Virus record (IMG/VR): IMGVR_UViG_3300040801_000790
Coordinates: 1 to 39,990 of that record
DNA from: a virus
Direction: 5' to 3' (one strand)
Length of the DNA: 39,990 bases
The translations under genes and the position numbers were made by a program. Positions 32,388-39,990 of the stretch are shown here, one piece after another. The number at the start of each line of letters is the position of its first letter. Within the stretch, counting starts at the first letter, position 1. A model generated the notes under the pieces. The model was given only the letters and a program-made list of their open reading frames with translations. It was not told the DNA's origin and made no database searches.

Positions 32388-33590
32388 ATGATTAAGATTA
32401 TAAATAGGTCATACAATGATACAAAGGTCGACCAGTCTGCGGAATGGAATGAAAACCTAGGTATACTTAATTTTGGCAGAGGTAACGCTTTCCCTACGCA
32501 TCTAATTAGCGAGATAGAATTTTCGTCTTGTGCAAACGCTTGTTTATCTGCTAAACATAAATTTGTAAGAGGTGGAGGTTTTGAGAATGAGTTTTTAAAC
32601 ACATTTTTAATAAATAGAAGCGAAGTTATTTCTAAGGTTGACAACAAAATAAGTCAAGATTTATCGTTTTTTGATGGTGCTTATGTGCTATTAACATTCA
32701 ATTTTAAAGGTGTAATTAACGAGATAAGACACTTACCATTCGAGAACACTAGAATAGGTAAGATTGATGAATTTGGCAATCCTAAATCATTCAAGTATAG
32801 CCCTAAATGGGGGCATAAAGGGGATGAAGAAAACCCAGATGCTGATTTCATAACTGAATATGACGCATTAAATCTTGATAAAGAATATATATTAGAAAAA
32901 ATAAAAACCACGACAGGAGGCTATAGTGGTCAGGTTGTATATTTGAGTTTTGAAAGACCTTCTAAGAGAATCTATCCTGTTCCATTTTGGTATTCTGCAA
33001 TTAATTGGATAGGTATAGACGCTGCAATATCTGAATTTCACAAAAACAACATTGATAACGAGTTTCTTCTATCATACATGATCAAAATGGTAGGAGACCC
33101 TGATGAGTTGTTAAGAGACGCAGAAGGAAAAGAGACTAAGCAAACTAAGGGGGAAGCGTTTAATGAGTATTTGACCACTCAATTTGCTGGAACAAAAAAA
33201 GGGGGTAAAACTATTACTCTCTGGTCAGATGACTCACAAAACTTTCCATCAATAGAGGCGTTTCCAAACTCAAACAATGAGAAGCTGTTTATAGCTATGG
33301 AGGAATTGACAAAGAAAAACATAGTGCAAGCTTTCGGAATACCTAACCTAATAGCGAACATTGAGACGGCTGGAAAGCTTGGGGGGTCGGATGAAATTAA
33401 CAACGCAGTCGCTTTGTTTAATGGTAATACAGAGATGTATAGAACGTTGCGTGAAGAAATGTGGGAGTTAATACTACAATTCTACAAAACACCATATAAA
33501 GGCGGTGTAAAAATTAAAGAATTTGAATTTAAAAATATAGCAAATGCTAATAACACTGGAGGATTTCAAGGAGCAAGTTCTAATTTCTGA
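32388..33590 (+). CDS. Putative portal protein (400 aa)
   Basis: It is the only portal-sized ORF without another assignment, and it lies directly upstream of a connector-like gene. I recognised no diagnostic motif. Confidence 0.45.
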   Translation: MIKIINRSYNDTKVDQSAEWNENLGILNFGRGNAFPTHLISEIEFSSCANACLSAKHKFVRGGGFENEFLNTFLINRSEVISKVDNKISQDLSFFDGAYVLLTFNFKGVINEIRHLPFENTRIGKIDEFGNPKSFKYSPKWGHKGDEENPDADFITEYDALNLDKEYILEKIKTTTGGYSGQVVYLSFERPSKRIYPVPFWYSAINWIGIDAAISEFHKNNIDNEFLLSYMIKMVGDPDELLRDAEGKETKQTKGEAFNEYLTTQFAGTKKGGKTITLWSDDSQNFPSIEAFPNSNNEKLFIAMEELTKKNIVQAFGIPNLIANIETAGKLGGSDEINNAVALFNGNTEMYRTLREEMWELILQFYKTPYKGGVKIKEFEFKNIANANNTGGFQGASSNF

Positions 33591-34047
33591 TAAGCTACCA
33601 GAAAAGGAAATAATTCCTCACATAAAACACGCTGAGGAAAGGTATTTAAAGTCTACTCTATGTAATGATTTGTACAGAGAGATAAGCGAATCAGTTATAA
33701 ACTGCGACATGGACGCTAAGCAAGAAGAACTTATGACGTTTATAAGACCGTTCTTGATTCAAAAATCATACGTTCGGTATATTTCTTTCAATGGAGTAAA
33801 GGGAACGTCTCAGGGGCTTGTGACCATAACTGGTGACAACACAGCTACACTAACAGACAATCAATTGAACACTATTAAAAAAAGAGCTGAATCTGATAGC
33901 GAGTATTACGAAAATGAATTAATTAATTATTTAGAAAAAAATAAAGAAGTGTTTACTAATTACAACTGTAAAGGGTGTGTGGTTAACAAACAATCATTTA
34001 AAATAACAGCAATAGGCAAAAACCACGAAGGAGGCAAATTATTATGA
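33544..34047 (+). CDS. Head-tail connector (gp6-like) protein (167 aa)
   Basis: The N-terminus MLITLEDFKEQVLIS...IIPHIKHAEERYL resembles gp6-like connector N-termini. Confidence 0.45.
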   Translation: MLITLEDFKEQVLISDKLPEKEIIPHIKHAEERYLKSTLCNDLYREISESVINCDMDAKQEELMTFIRPFLIQKSYVRYISFNGVKGTSQGLVTITGDNTATLTDNQLNTIKKRAESDSEYYENELINYLEKNKEVFTNYNCKGCVVNKQSFKITAIGKNHEGGKLL

Positions 34048-35555
34048 TTTACTATTTAGACAAAGCAAACAAATTAAGGATACCGACAGCCACAGAGGCT
34101 TATGTTCTGGTTAGATTTCAAAGAGAGTGTGGTGAGCATCTCTTTATAGGAACGGTTATAGAGTGTAACGGATACCAAGCAATTGAAGTGCCTATAGACT
34201 CTATTGATTTTGAAAAGAAGGGAAGATGGGAAGTTGATTTCTACGAGCAAGCCAGCGCGGTAAATGAAGATATAGAGTCTGCTTTGTTTATTGGAGATGA
34301 TGAAATTTGGGTAGTACAAAACTCTCCTAGTTCATTACCTATACCACCTTCTAACGATGGGGGTCATGTAATTGAATACGAAGGAGAGGCACTAACTCAA
34401 AGGTCAAAATTAAACTTTATTGGAAATGTAGAGATAACTGATGAGGGAGACACAACACAAGTAAATGTTGGAAAAGTTCCTATTATTACAGAACTACCCG
34501 TAGGAGGTATAGTTGCAGACGCAAATAAACTTTATGTGTTACCTATAGGTGATGATACTATTACTATTGCTGATAGCGGTCATGACAACACTGGTAAATT
34601 GATTGAAATACCTATTATTAAATCGGTAGGTAGTGATGATGATTATACTGCTAATTTAGCGAATAAGAAAGGTATAATTAACATAAATGGAGTTATTGAA
34701 ACAAGTTTATACAACTATACATTTGACCAAGCAAGTAATAGTAATTCAACAAGATATCATACAACAGTTTTAAAAATGCTTAATGGAAACATTATTAGCA
34801 TTACTAACGAAACACAAGAGGATACACAACCAATTGATTATGTTACCCCTCTTGACGAGCCTAGCAACTTCGTTTGGTGGAAGTTTAACACAGGATTTTC
34901 TGGTTCGACAAACTTGTTATGGACTGACGTTATCAGTTCTCTAATAGCTACTAGTGTGGGAGAAGGTAAGCCACTTAACACGGGAGGAGAGGTATTGTAT
35001 GACGGTGTAGATGATGGAATGAAAAATGGTGATGCAGCAATTATCAATTTGTTTGGCTCATTCCCTCTAAACGCAGCAGTTCACACCGTTGTGAAGTTTG
35101 ATGATTTAGGAGGTACAAACGCACCACTATACTTAACTAATACTGGCAATGTAGATCCAGCACTTATACTCTGTGCCGCTAATAGTTCAGGACAACTTCT
35201 CTTCAATTTCAGAACAGACCAATCGCCAACAGATGCTGTGTCAGCGACTAGCACGGAGACCGTCAATAACACTACATACTACGTTGTTAGCTATGTGTTT
35301 AAAACAGCAAGTTCTTTAGACGTTGCTGGTAGTTTCGTTGATGTTTATTTAAACGGTGTATTGACATCAATAGCTGATTTAGACATCTCTTCAATAACTG
35401 ACGCAACGCCATTGTTTAATGAACTTGGGTTAGGTTATCGCGACATCAATGGTGCTTCAAGTTTCTATGACAGCACATTAAGAGACGTGTTGATTCAGTC
35501 TTCGTTGACTAACCTTCAAGAAAACATGGATTACTTAACCGCAACCTTACCATAA
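34044..35555 (+). CDS. Tail fibre/spike protein with a C-terminal LamG-like domain (503 aa)
   Basis: The C-terminal region YYVVSYVFKTASS...FVDVYLNGVL...YDSTLRDVLIQSSL is LamG-like. Its position fits a fibre. Confidence 0.55.
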   Translation: MIYYLDKANKLRIPTATEAYVLVRFQRECGEHLFIGTVIECNGYQAIEVPIDSIDFEKKGRWEVDFYEQASAVNEDIESALFIGDDEIWVVQNSPSSLPIPPSNDGGHVIEYEGEALTQRSKLNFIGNVEITDEGDTTQVNVGKVPIITELPVGGIVADANKLYVLPIGDDTITIADSGHDNTGKLIEIPIIKSVGSDDDYTANLANKKGIININGVIETSLYNYTFDQASNSNSTRYHTTVLKMLNGNIISITNETQEDTQPIDYVTPLDEPSNFVWWKFNTGFSGSTNLLWTDVISSLIATSVGEGKPLNTGGEVLYDGVDDGMKNGDAAIINLFGSFPLNAAVHTVVKFDDLGGTNAPLYLTNTGNVDPALILCAANSSGQLLFNFRTDQSPTDAVSATSTETVNNTTYYVVSYVFKTASSLDVAGSFVDVYLNGVLTSIADLDISSITDATPLFNELGLGYRDINGASSFYDSTLRDVLIQSSLTNLQENMDYLTATLP

Positions 35556-36718
35556 TGCCAAAGAGACACACAGAGCCGATAGGTGATTTATTTAACTGGA
35601 CTGCTGGCGGAGAGGACTTCCCATTTATTGGCGGTCACGAAGTTTTAGTCGTTAAACCTGTAAGCGATGGGGTTAAAACCTACGCGCATCATCCTATAGG
35701 TATTGATTTCTATGGCAAAAAATACATAAGCCACACTAGGGCAGACGAAGATGAAGAGCAGCCTGGCATGCACACCATACTCCAAGTGAGTGATAATGGC
35801 GGTAATTCATTTAGTGAGGTTGGAGAGATACTTCCTGAGATGTCTCCTAAGCCATTAAGGTCTGCATTTGGAGCAGGTAGAATAAACTATCCTACTAAGT
35901 TTGTACCTATTGGTAGTCAGTTATATATGATTAGCGAGGTTAATGATAGAGATTATGCAGGGGGTGGTAATGTTCGTACACCTGTAGGAGTGTTAGCAAC
36001 GCCTATTAATTCTGATGACTCTATTGGTACGCCAAAATGGGTGAATGCATATAATCCTAACACAGGAGAGGGTATCGCATCAAGGGGCGCACCTTATTCA
36101 TCGTCTTATCCGTGGTACGATTTCGATGCTGATTTAAGAAAAAAGGTAAAAGAATACATTAACAGACCAAACTATTTTCCTAAGATACTATTCTCGTGGG
36201 CGGATGTGTTTAACCCTAATGGCGAATGGGCTGGGGAGGCGCTTGGTGAGCCTCAAAGCATTCAACCAATAGGTTATAAAAATTACTGGATTTATTGGAA
36301 GGACAACGGGAACGAGTTTAAGCCAGCTCAAAGAGGTAAGGATGGCGATTTCTTTCTCTCTTCTGTACCTGAAGAATACGCATCTACATCTATTCGTTTT
36401 ATAAATTATAGAGAAGATATAATTTTCTTAATTGGCAATAGTCAGCGTAGTGATAGGGATGAAATATTTTTCGCTATAGGTAGAAGAAGTGTAAGTGATG
36501 GACGATTTAATGTAGTTAACGGAGACGTGTACAGTATTACAAACAATCAACGAATACTACCGCTTTTTGACGGTTTAAATAAGGATGATGGTGGCGAGCA
36601 GTTGCCTCACGCATGGATGTCAGCTAATGGTGATTTAAACCTGACATGGGACGTCACCAAAGAAGAGGTTTATTATAAAAAAATAAAGCATCAAAGATTA
36701 ATTGAGTTAATAGGATGA
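35555..36718 (+). CDS. BNR/Asp-box (sialidase-superfamily-like) protein, candidate glycan depolymerase (387 aa)
   Basis: One clear Asp-box, VSDNGGNSF (S-x-D-x-G-x-x-F/W). It sits between the fibre and the lysis genes. Confidence 0.4.
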   Translation: MPKRHTEPIGDLFNWTAGGEDFPFIGGHEVLVVKPVSDGVKTYAHHPIGIDFYGKKYISHTRADEDEEQPGMHTILQVSDNGGNSFSEVGEILPEMSPKPLRSAFGAGRINYPTKFVPIGSQLYMISEVNDRDYAGGGNVRTPVGVLATPINSDDSIGTPKWVNAYNPNTGEGIASRGAPYSSSYPWYDFDADLRKKVKEYINRPNYFPKILFSWADVFNPNGEWAGEALGEPQSIQPIGYKNYWIYWKDNGNEFKPAQRGKDGDFFLSSVPEEYASTSIRFINYREDIIFLIGNSQRSDRDEIFFAIGRRSVSDGRFNVVNGDVYSITNNQRILPLFDGLNKDDGGEQLPHAWMSANGDLNLTWDVTKEEVYYKKIKHQRLIELIG

Positions 36719-37164
36719 AAAACATAACTGAAATAAAGACTACATTAATAGGGATAGCTTTGATATGGCTTGCTTACATGTTTTATACACAGGTAGAAAA
36801 TCATAACGAAGTAAACCCTTTAGGGTTTCAAGCTATAATAATTTATGCTTTGTTATTGTTGGGATTTATAACAGTCGTAGCAAAAGATAGGCATTTGGAT
36901 AGTTTTTTTGGTATCTTTAAAGATATAATGACAAGTATGATAAGTGAGAAGTTTGTTACGTATTTTGCTAGGTTTGTTGGTGTTGCTACCGTGTTAGTTA
37001 CCTTTCTTTACTGGATGGGTATATTAATACTACCGCACCCAGAATGGACTAACATGACTATTAGAATAGGGTTACCAATGCTTATAGGTTGGGTTCTTAT
37101 TATCTTTGACATTACAACTATTAAGGGTTTTATACTTAAGTTTATAACAAAAAAATGGCTTTAA
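36715..37164 (+). CDS. Four-TM membrane protein, holin-like (149 aa)
   Basis: Four hydrophobic segments. Adjacent to a second small membrane protein and the putative lysin. Confidence 0.5.
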   Translation: MKNITEIKTTLIGIALIWLAYMFYTQVENHNEVNPLGFQAIIIYALLLLGFITVVAKDRHLDSFFGIFKDIMTSMISEKFVTYFARFVGVATVLVTFLYWMGILILPHPEWTNMTIRIGLPMLIGWVLIIFDITTIKGFILKFITKKWL

Positions 37165-37167
37165 ATT

Positions 37168-37365
37168 ATGGCGCACCACGAGGGAAATAACGTAACAGGA
37201 GTAGTATTATTTGTGATTGGATGGGTTACTAAGTGGATTCACGAGATAGAAAGCCTTAATACTATGCTTGATTTAGGTTTAAAAATAACTTCTTACATAT
37301 CGTTTGGTTTGTTCATAATTATAAATTGGGATAAGATTAAAAGGTTCTTTAAAAAAACAAGTTGA
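37168..37365 (+). CDS. Two-TM small membrane protein with a basic C-terminus, holin-like (65 aa)
   Basis: VTGVVLFVIGWVTKWI and ITSYISFGLFIIINW segments, then KIKRFFKKTS. Confidence 0.55.
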   Translation: MAHHEGNNVTGVVLFVIGWVTKWIHEIESLNTMLDLGLKITSYISFGLFIIINWDKIKRFFKKTS

Positions 37366-37838
37366 TGAAAGTAATTAACATCTATCTAAAGCGTAAATTC
37401 CTAACCAAGGAAAGCACTACAGGAGACTTCTTTTGTAAGGATTTAGGATTTCATTATGCAAGCATAGAAGACCCAGTTAGAGATGTTAAAATCCCTAAGT
37501 TAACCGCGTTTCCAGAGGGGGTTTATGAATTAGGTTTAAGAGATTTTAACGAAGATAGACCCGACTTATATAGCTTTAAAACTAAACAATATCAAAAAAG
37601 GTTTGATTGGTTTAAATGGCATATATGGATTAAGGATGTACCTAATTACAATTACGTTTATATACACATTGGAAACACTCACGAAGATACAGACGGCTGT
37701 GTATTACTAGGAATGTCAAGAAGCAAGAATAAAGTAAACAGTAGTGTTGACGCGTTTCATTCATTCTACGAGAAGATATACCCTTATTTAGAAGATGAAG
37801 ATACCAAAGTATGTTTACACGTTGAGAACTGCTATTAA
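37362..37838 (+). CDS. DUF5675-like protein with a YkuD-like H/C signature, candidate endolysin (158 aa)
   Basis: YIHIGNTHEDTDGCVLLG resembles the L,D-transpeptidase/peptidase catalytic H...(S/T)xGC motif. It is the last gene of the late block, after the holin-like genes. Confidence 0.45.
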   Translation: MMKVINIYLKRKFLTKESTTGDFFCKDLGFHYASIEDPVRDVKIPKLTAFPEGVYELGLRDFNEDRPDLYSFKTKQYQKRFDWFKWHIWIKDVPNYNYVYIHIGNTHEDTDGCVLLGMSRSKNKVNSSVDAFHSFYEKIYPYLEDEDTKVCLHVENCY

Positions 37839-37950
37839 CGGCTACCATATAACACAGATTATTATTTTGTTGTTTATATTAGTGTTGATGTTTGGTAAGT
37901 GTTTTATTTAGTACTTTAGATTAATTCATAGACTTTTACACTCTTTTTCA

Positions 37951-37989
37951 TTCCTTATTTGGAAAGCATTTTTATTTAGTTTACCTTTG
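37951..37989 (+). promoter_or_regulatory. Promoter P6 (TTCCTTATTTGGAA, 20 nt, TACCTTTG), heading the early region
   Basis: Same architecture as P1, with a perfect TAnnTTTG. The ATG is 60 nt downstream. Confidence 0.65.
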
Positions 37990-38048
37990 GGATAAATTAA
38001 ATGTTATGATAACACATAAAAAATATATAAAAGCACAAAAATATTAGA

Positions 38049-38246
38049 ATGAAAAAAGACAAGAGAATAGAGAAGATGCAAAACTTCTTCGATATGGGAA
38101 TAAAGAAAACGGTATTCGCTAAAAAGATTAATGTGTCAAGGCAACACATAAACTGGCTATTGAGAACTAACGGAACAGAAGATTTTAGAATGTCGGGTAG
38201 TTTGTGGGATAAGATTGACAAAGGAATGAAGAGCTATAAGGCTTAA
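38049..38246 (+). CDS. Small HTH DNA-binding protein (Cro-like) (65 aa)
   Basis: KTVFAKKINVSRQHINWLL is an HTH motif. It is the first gene after P6. Confidence 0.55.
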   Translation: MKKDKRIEKMQNFFDMGIKKTVFAKKINVSRQHINWLLRTNGTEDFRMSGSLWDKIDKGMKSYKA

Positions 38247-38249
38247 CGC

Positions 38250-38621
38250 TTGGACTATGAATTGAAGCCCAATAACAAATGTTCAATTTACAAATTAACC
38301 TTGACAGGGCTTTTATTTATAGCCTTTGTTAGCATTAGTTTTTGTATGGGAATTAAGAAAGTAGCAAGACCAATGAATAAGGCAAAAAATGCTTTTGTTA
38401 AATGGCTTAAAGACAATAACGCTGATAATATTGATGGTTTAAAAGACCAACCTTCTGACAATGAATGGGATTATTATATGGCTATTTCTGGATTTATAAA
38501 TGATAGTCTTTATTCTGTGTCATTTATGGTGTGGCAAGGACAAGAAAGTATTGATTATAGCGATGAGGAAAATCGATATACTAATATGAGTATAGATGAA
38601 TTTATGCAGTTAGTAAATTAA
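38250..38621 (+). CDS. Membrane-anchored protein (123 aa); non-ATG (TTG) start
   Basis: The N-terminal TM segment LTLTGLLFIAFVSISFCMG requires a start upstream of the first in-frame ATG. Confidence 0.5.
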   Translation: MDYELKPNNKCSIYKLTLTGLLFIAFVSISFCMGIKKVARPMNKAKNAFVKWLKDNNADNIDGLKDQPSDNEWDYYMAISGFINDSLYSVSFMVWQGQESIDYSDEENRYTNMSIDEFMQLVN

Positions 38622-38634
38622 TGCTAACGGGCTA

Positions 38635-38710
38635 GCGGTATGGTTATGTAAGCCTACAACACCGCACCCAATTAGCAGATAAAATTTCAAAGGCTTATTA
38701 AATATACCGC
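38635..38710 (+). other. 76-nt nested intergenic hairpin
   Basis: GCGGTAT 38635-38641 pairs with ATACCGC 38704-38710. TAAGCCT 38649-38655 pairs with AGGCTTA 38691-38697. It contains a CTACAAC motif at 38654-38660. Confidence 0.45.
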
Positions 38711-38751
38711 TTGTTATGCACTGGCACGGGCGGTTTAACGAAAATTTAATT

Positions 38752-39210
38752 ATGAAATACGACAGCAAAGCAGATACTCTACTGCACATTAAAAGAGTAG
38801 CACAACTACTAACGGAAGCATCAAGTGAATTGATTAGACGTGCTAATGTTCACGATGATTCAAAACTTGAAAGCCCTGAAAAGGAGTTGTTTGATGAGTT
38901 TACCCCAAAACTCAAAGATTGCACCTATGGAAGTGATGAATACAAAGAGTATTTAAAGGGCTTAAAAGTAGCCCTTGACCATCATTACGCAAATAACAGC
39001 CACCACCCCGAACATTACGGAAATGGTGTAAATGGATTTGACTTATTTGACTTAATTGAAATGTTTTTTGACTGGAAGGCTGCAACCGAAAGGCACGCTG
39101 ATGGAAACATTATGAAATCCATTGAGATAAATAAAGGGCGTTTTGAATTATCTGAACAGCTTTGCGACATTATGAGAAACACGGCAGTTCGTTTAGGATA
39201 CGATAAGTAG
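38752..39210 (+). CDS. HD-superfamily-like (DUF5662-like) protein (152 aa)
   Basis: HDDSKL...EY..YL......HH...N.HHPEHY...D..EM..DW resembles this phage-associated family, from memory. ATG 38752 lies downstream of the hairpin. Confidence 0.45.
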   Translation: MKYDSKADTLLHIKRVAQLLTEASSELIRRANVHDDSKLESPEKELFDEFTPKLKDCTYGSDEYKEYLKGLKVALDHHYANNSHHPEHYGNGVNGFDLFDLIEMFFDWKAATERHADGNIMKSIEINKGRFELSEQLCDIMRNTAVRLGYDK

Positions 39211-39281
39211 TGCTTGTGCATAATGGCTAAGGCTATGTTTCGGGATTGATTGCGGACAAATAACCACTAAAACAGAAGATA

Positions 39282-39578
39282 ATGAAAACACCAGAAGATA
39301 TAGTAAACAGATTTATAAAAGAAGAGGGAGTAGAGTTTGATCAGGAAAGAGATGATTGGGTACTTGAAGCCATGAGGGAATATGCTGAAATAGCAAGCAA
39401 TACTGAAATCATAGGTAGTGTTATGCCTTGTTTTGAGTTTAGTGGTAAAGCTACTAAGTATAACCAAGGTGTAGCAGTAGATACAGACGGTATAGCACTA
39501 TCAAATGACATACTACCTCATAAAGCTTATACACTTGAAGAAGGTGTTGAATATACAGTAAAATTGTATAAGGTATAA
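39282..39578 (+). CDS. Hypothetical protein (98 aa)
   Basis: ATG ORF with an ACTAAAACA leader. Confidence 0.6.
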   Translation: MKTPEDIVNRFIKEEGVEFDQERDDWVLEAMREYAEIASNTEIIGSVMPCFEFSGKATKYNQGVAVDTDGIALSNDILPHKAYTLEEGVEYTVKLYKV

Positions 39579-39651
39579 CGACGGTTTGGCTAAACGCTGG
39601 CTGAACCCTGACTTTGATTAAATAACTGAACTTAAAAATTAAATATTAACC

Positions 39652-39693
39652 GCTACAAGGCACTGACAGCTTGCGTTTAGGTGTTGTTGTAGC
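39652..39693 (+). other. Intergenic hairpin closed by GCTACAA/TTGTAGC
   Basis: 7-bp closing helix 39652-39658 / 39687-39693, 18 nt upstream of the ATG at 39712. Confidence 0.4.
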
Positions 39694-39711
39694 ATCGTAA
39701 AGCGAACGGAA

Positions 39712-39921
39712 ATGAATAACGAAAATTGGATTGAAAGCAGTAATCCACCAAAACCAAACACACAATGCAAGGCAAAAACACCTGCTGGAACTGATGAAGT
39801 TGGACAGGCTTGGTTTGATGGAAAAAAATGGTGGAACTGGGAACAAGGTTCAAATGTAAAATTTGGATTGAAAGATGGTTGGGTAACGCACTACATTCCT
39901 TTATTTGAAAGAACAGAGTGA
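39712..39921 (+). CDS. Hypothetical Trp-rich protein (69 aa); its 3' end lies in the terminal repeat
   Basis: ATG ORF. The last 48 nt are duplicated at 1..48. Confidence 0.6.
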   Translation: MNNENWIESSNPPKPNTQCKAKTPAGTDEVGQAWFDGKKWWNWEQGSNVKFGLKDGWVTHYIPLFERTE

Positions 39922-39990
39922 GCGTATGTGCTACAACGAGTTCGGGCTATGAGCCTGTACTTGTATGGCTTATAGCCCGTGTTGTAGGTA
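39874..39990. repeat. Terminal direct repeat, copy 2 (identical to 1..117)
   Basis: 117/117 identity with the window start. Confidence 0.95.

Noticed and set aside
19991-35555. A diversity-generating retroelement acting on the two LamG-domain tail proteins.
   Set aside because: There is no reverse transcriptase ORF anywhere in the window, and I noticed no template/variable repeat pair.
38635-38710. A 76-nt element with a 7-bp closing helix, which raised the question of a tRNA. The 57-nt hairpin at 58-114 raised the same question.
   Set aside because: It has no T-arm or T-loop (GTTCGAATC-type), no D-arm and no anticodon-arm geometry. The 17 nt before the 3' acceptor-like strand cannot form a 5-bp stem. 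The 58-114 element is too short. I found no tRNA genes.
396-39846. All minus-strand ORFs in the track, for example 396-791, 4396-4842, 7997-8449, 12405-12725, 25867-26361, 26515-26862 and 39646-39846.
   Set aside because: Each lies entirely antisense to a better-supported + strand gene or structured element. Their products are low-complexity, rich in Ser/Leu/Phe/Cys, as is typical of shadow frames in AT-rich DNA. None has a promoter motif in the right orientation. The whole genome is otherwise co-directional.
1-39990. CRISPR arrays, rRNA genes, transposases and IS elements.
   Set aside because: I saw no regularly spaced direct repeats, no rRNA-like segments and no transposase-like ORFs. The repeats present are short hairpin or promoter families.

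Overview
The window looks like a complete genome of a tailed dsDNA phage, about 39.87 kb unique. Bases 1-117 are identical to 39874-39990, so the contig closes on itself (a terminal repeat or a circular-assembly overlap). All credible genes, about 72, are on the + strand and tightly packed, often with ATGA or TAATG overlaps. The minus-strand ORFs in the track look like shadow frames.

Modules, reading around the circle:
- 38049 through the wrap to 5035: small orphan early genes separated by structured intergenic elements.
- 5356-16083: nucleotide, replication and recombination genes. These include a wHTH protein, a MazG-like NTP pyrophosphohydrolase, a DUF4373-like initiator, a Zn-finger/TOPRIM/P-loop primase-helicase, an XRE regulator, a Lar-like protein, a PD-(D/E)xK nuclease, and NinG/HNH-like and DnaA-C-like proteins.
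- 16232-35555: packaging and morphogenesis genes. These are TerS, TerL, LamG-domain tail proteins, tape measure, ClpP-like prohead protease/scaffold, major capsid, putative portal, connector and fibre.
- 35555-37838: a BNR/sialidase-like protein and the lysis genes.

No integrase, tRNA, CRISPR array or reverse transcriptase was seen. Promoter architecture (-33 TTTG / -7 TAnnTTTG), the lack of Shine-Dalgarno sequences and A-rich ACTAA(A) leaders point to a Bacteroidota (Flavobacteriia-like) host; this is inference.

Most notable observations:
- A six-copy promoter family with fixed 20-nt spacing.
- Several families of repeated, structured intergenic hairpins.
- A T9 slippery run linking two overlapping ORFs, which is a candidate -1 frameshift.
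- A small gene interrupted by an in-frame amber codon.
- An AT-rich methyltransferase + sulfotransferase-like cassette inserted between the capsid/tube genes and the portal.

All functional calls come from motif recognition by eye, with no database search.
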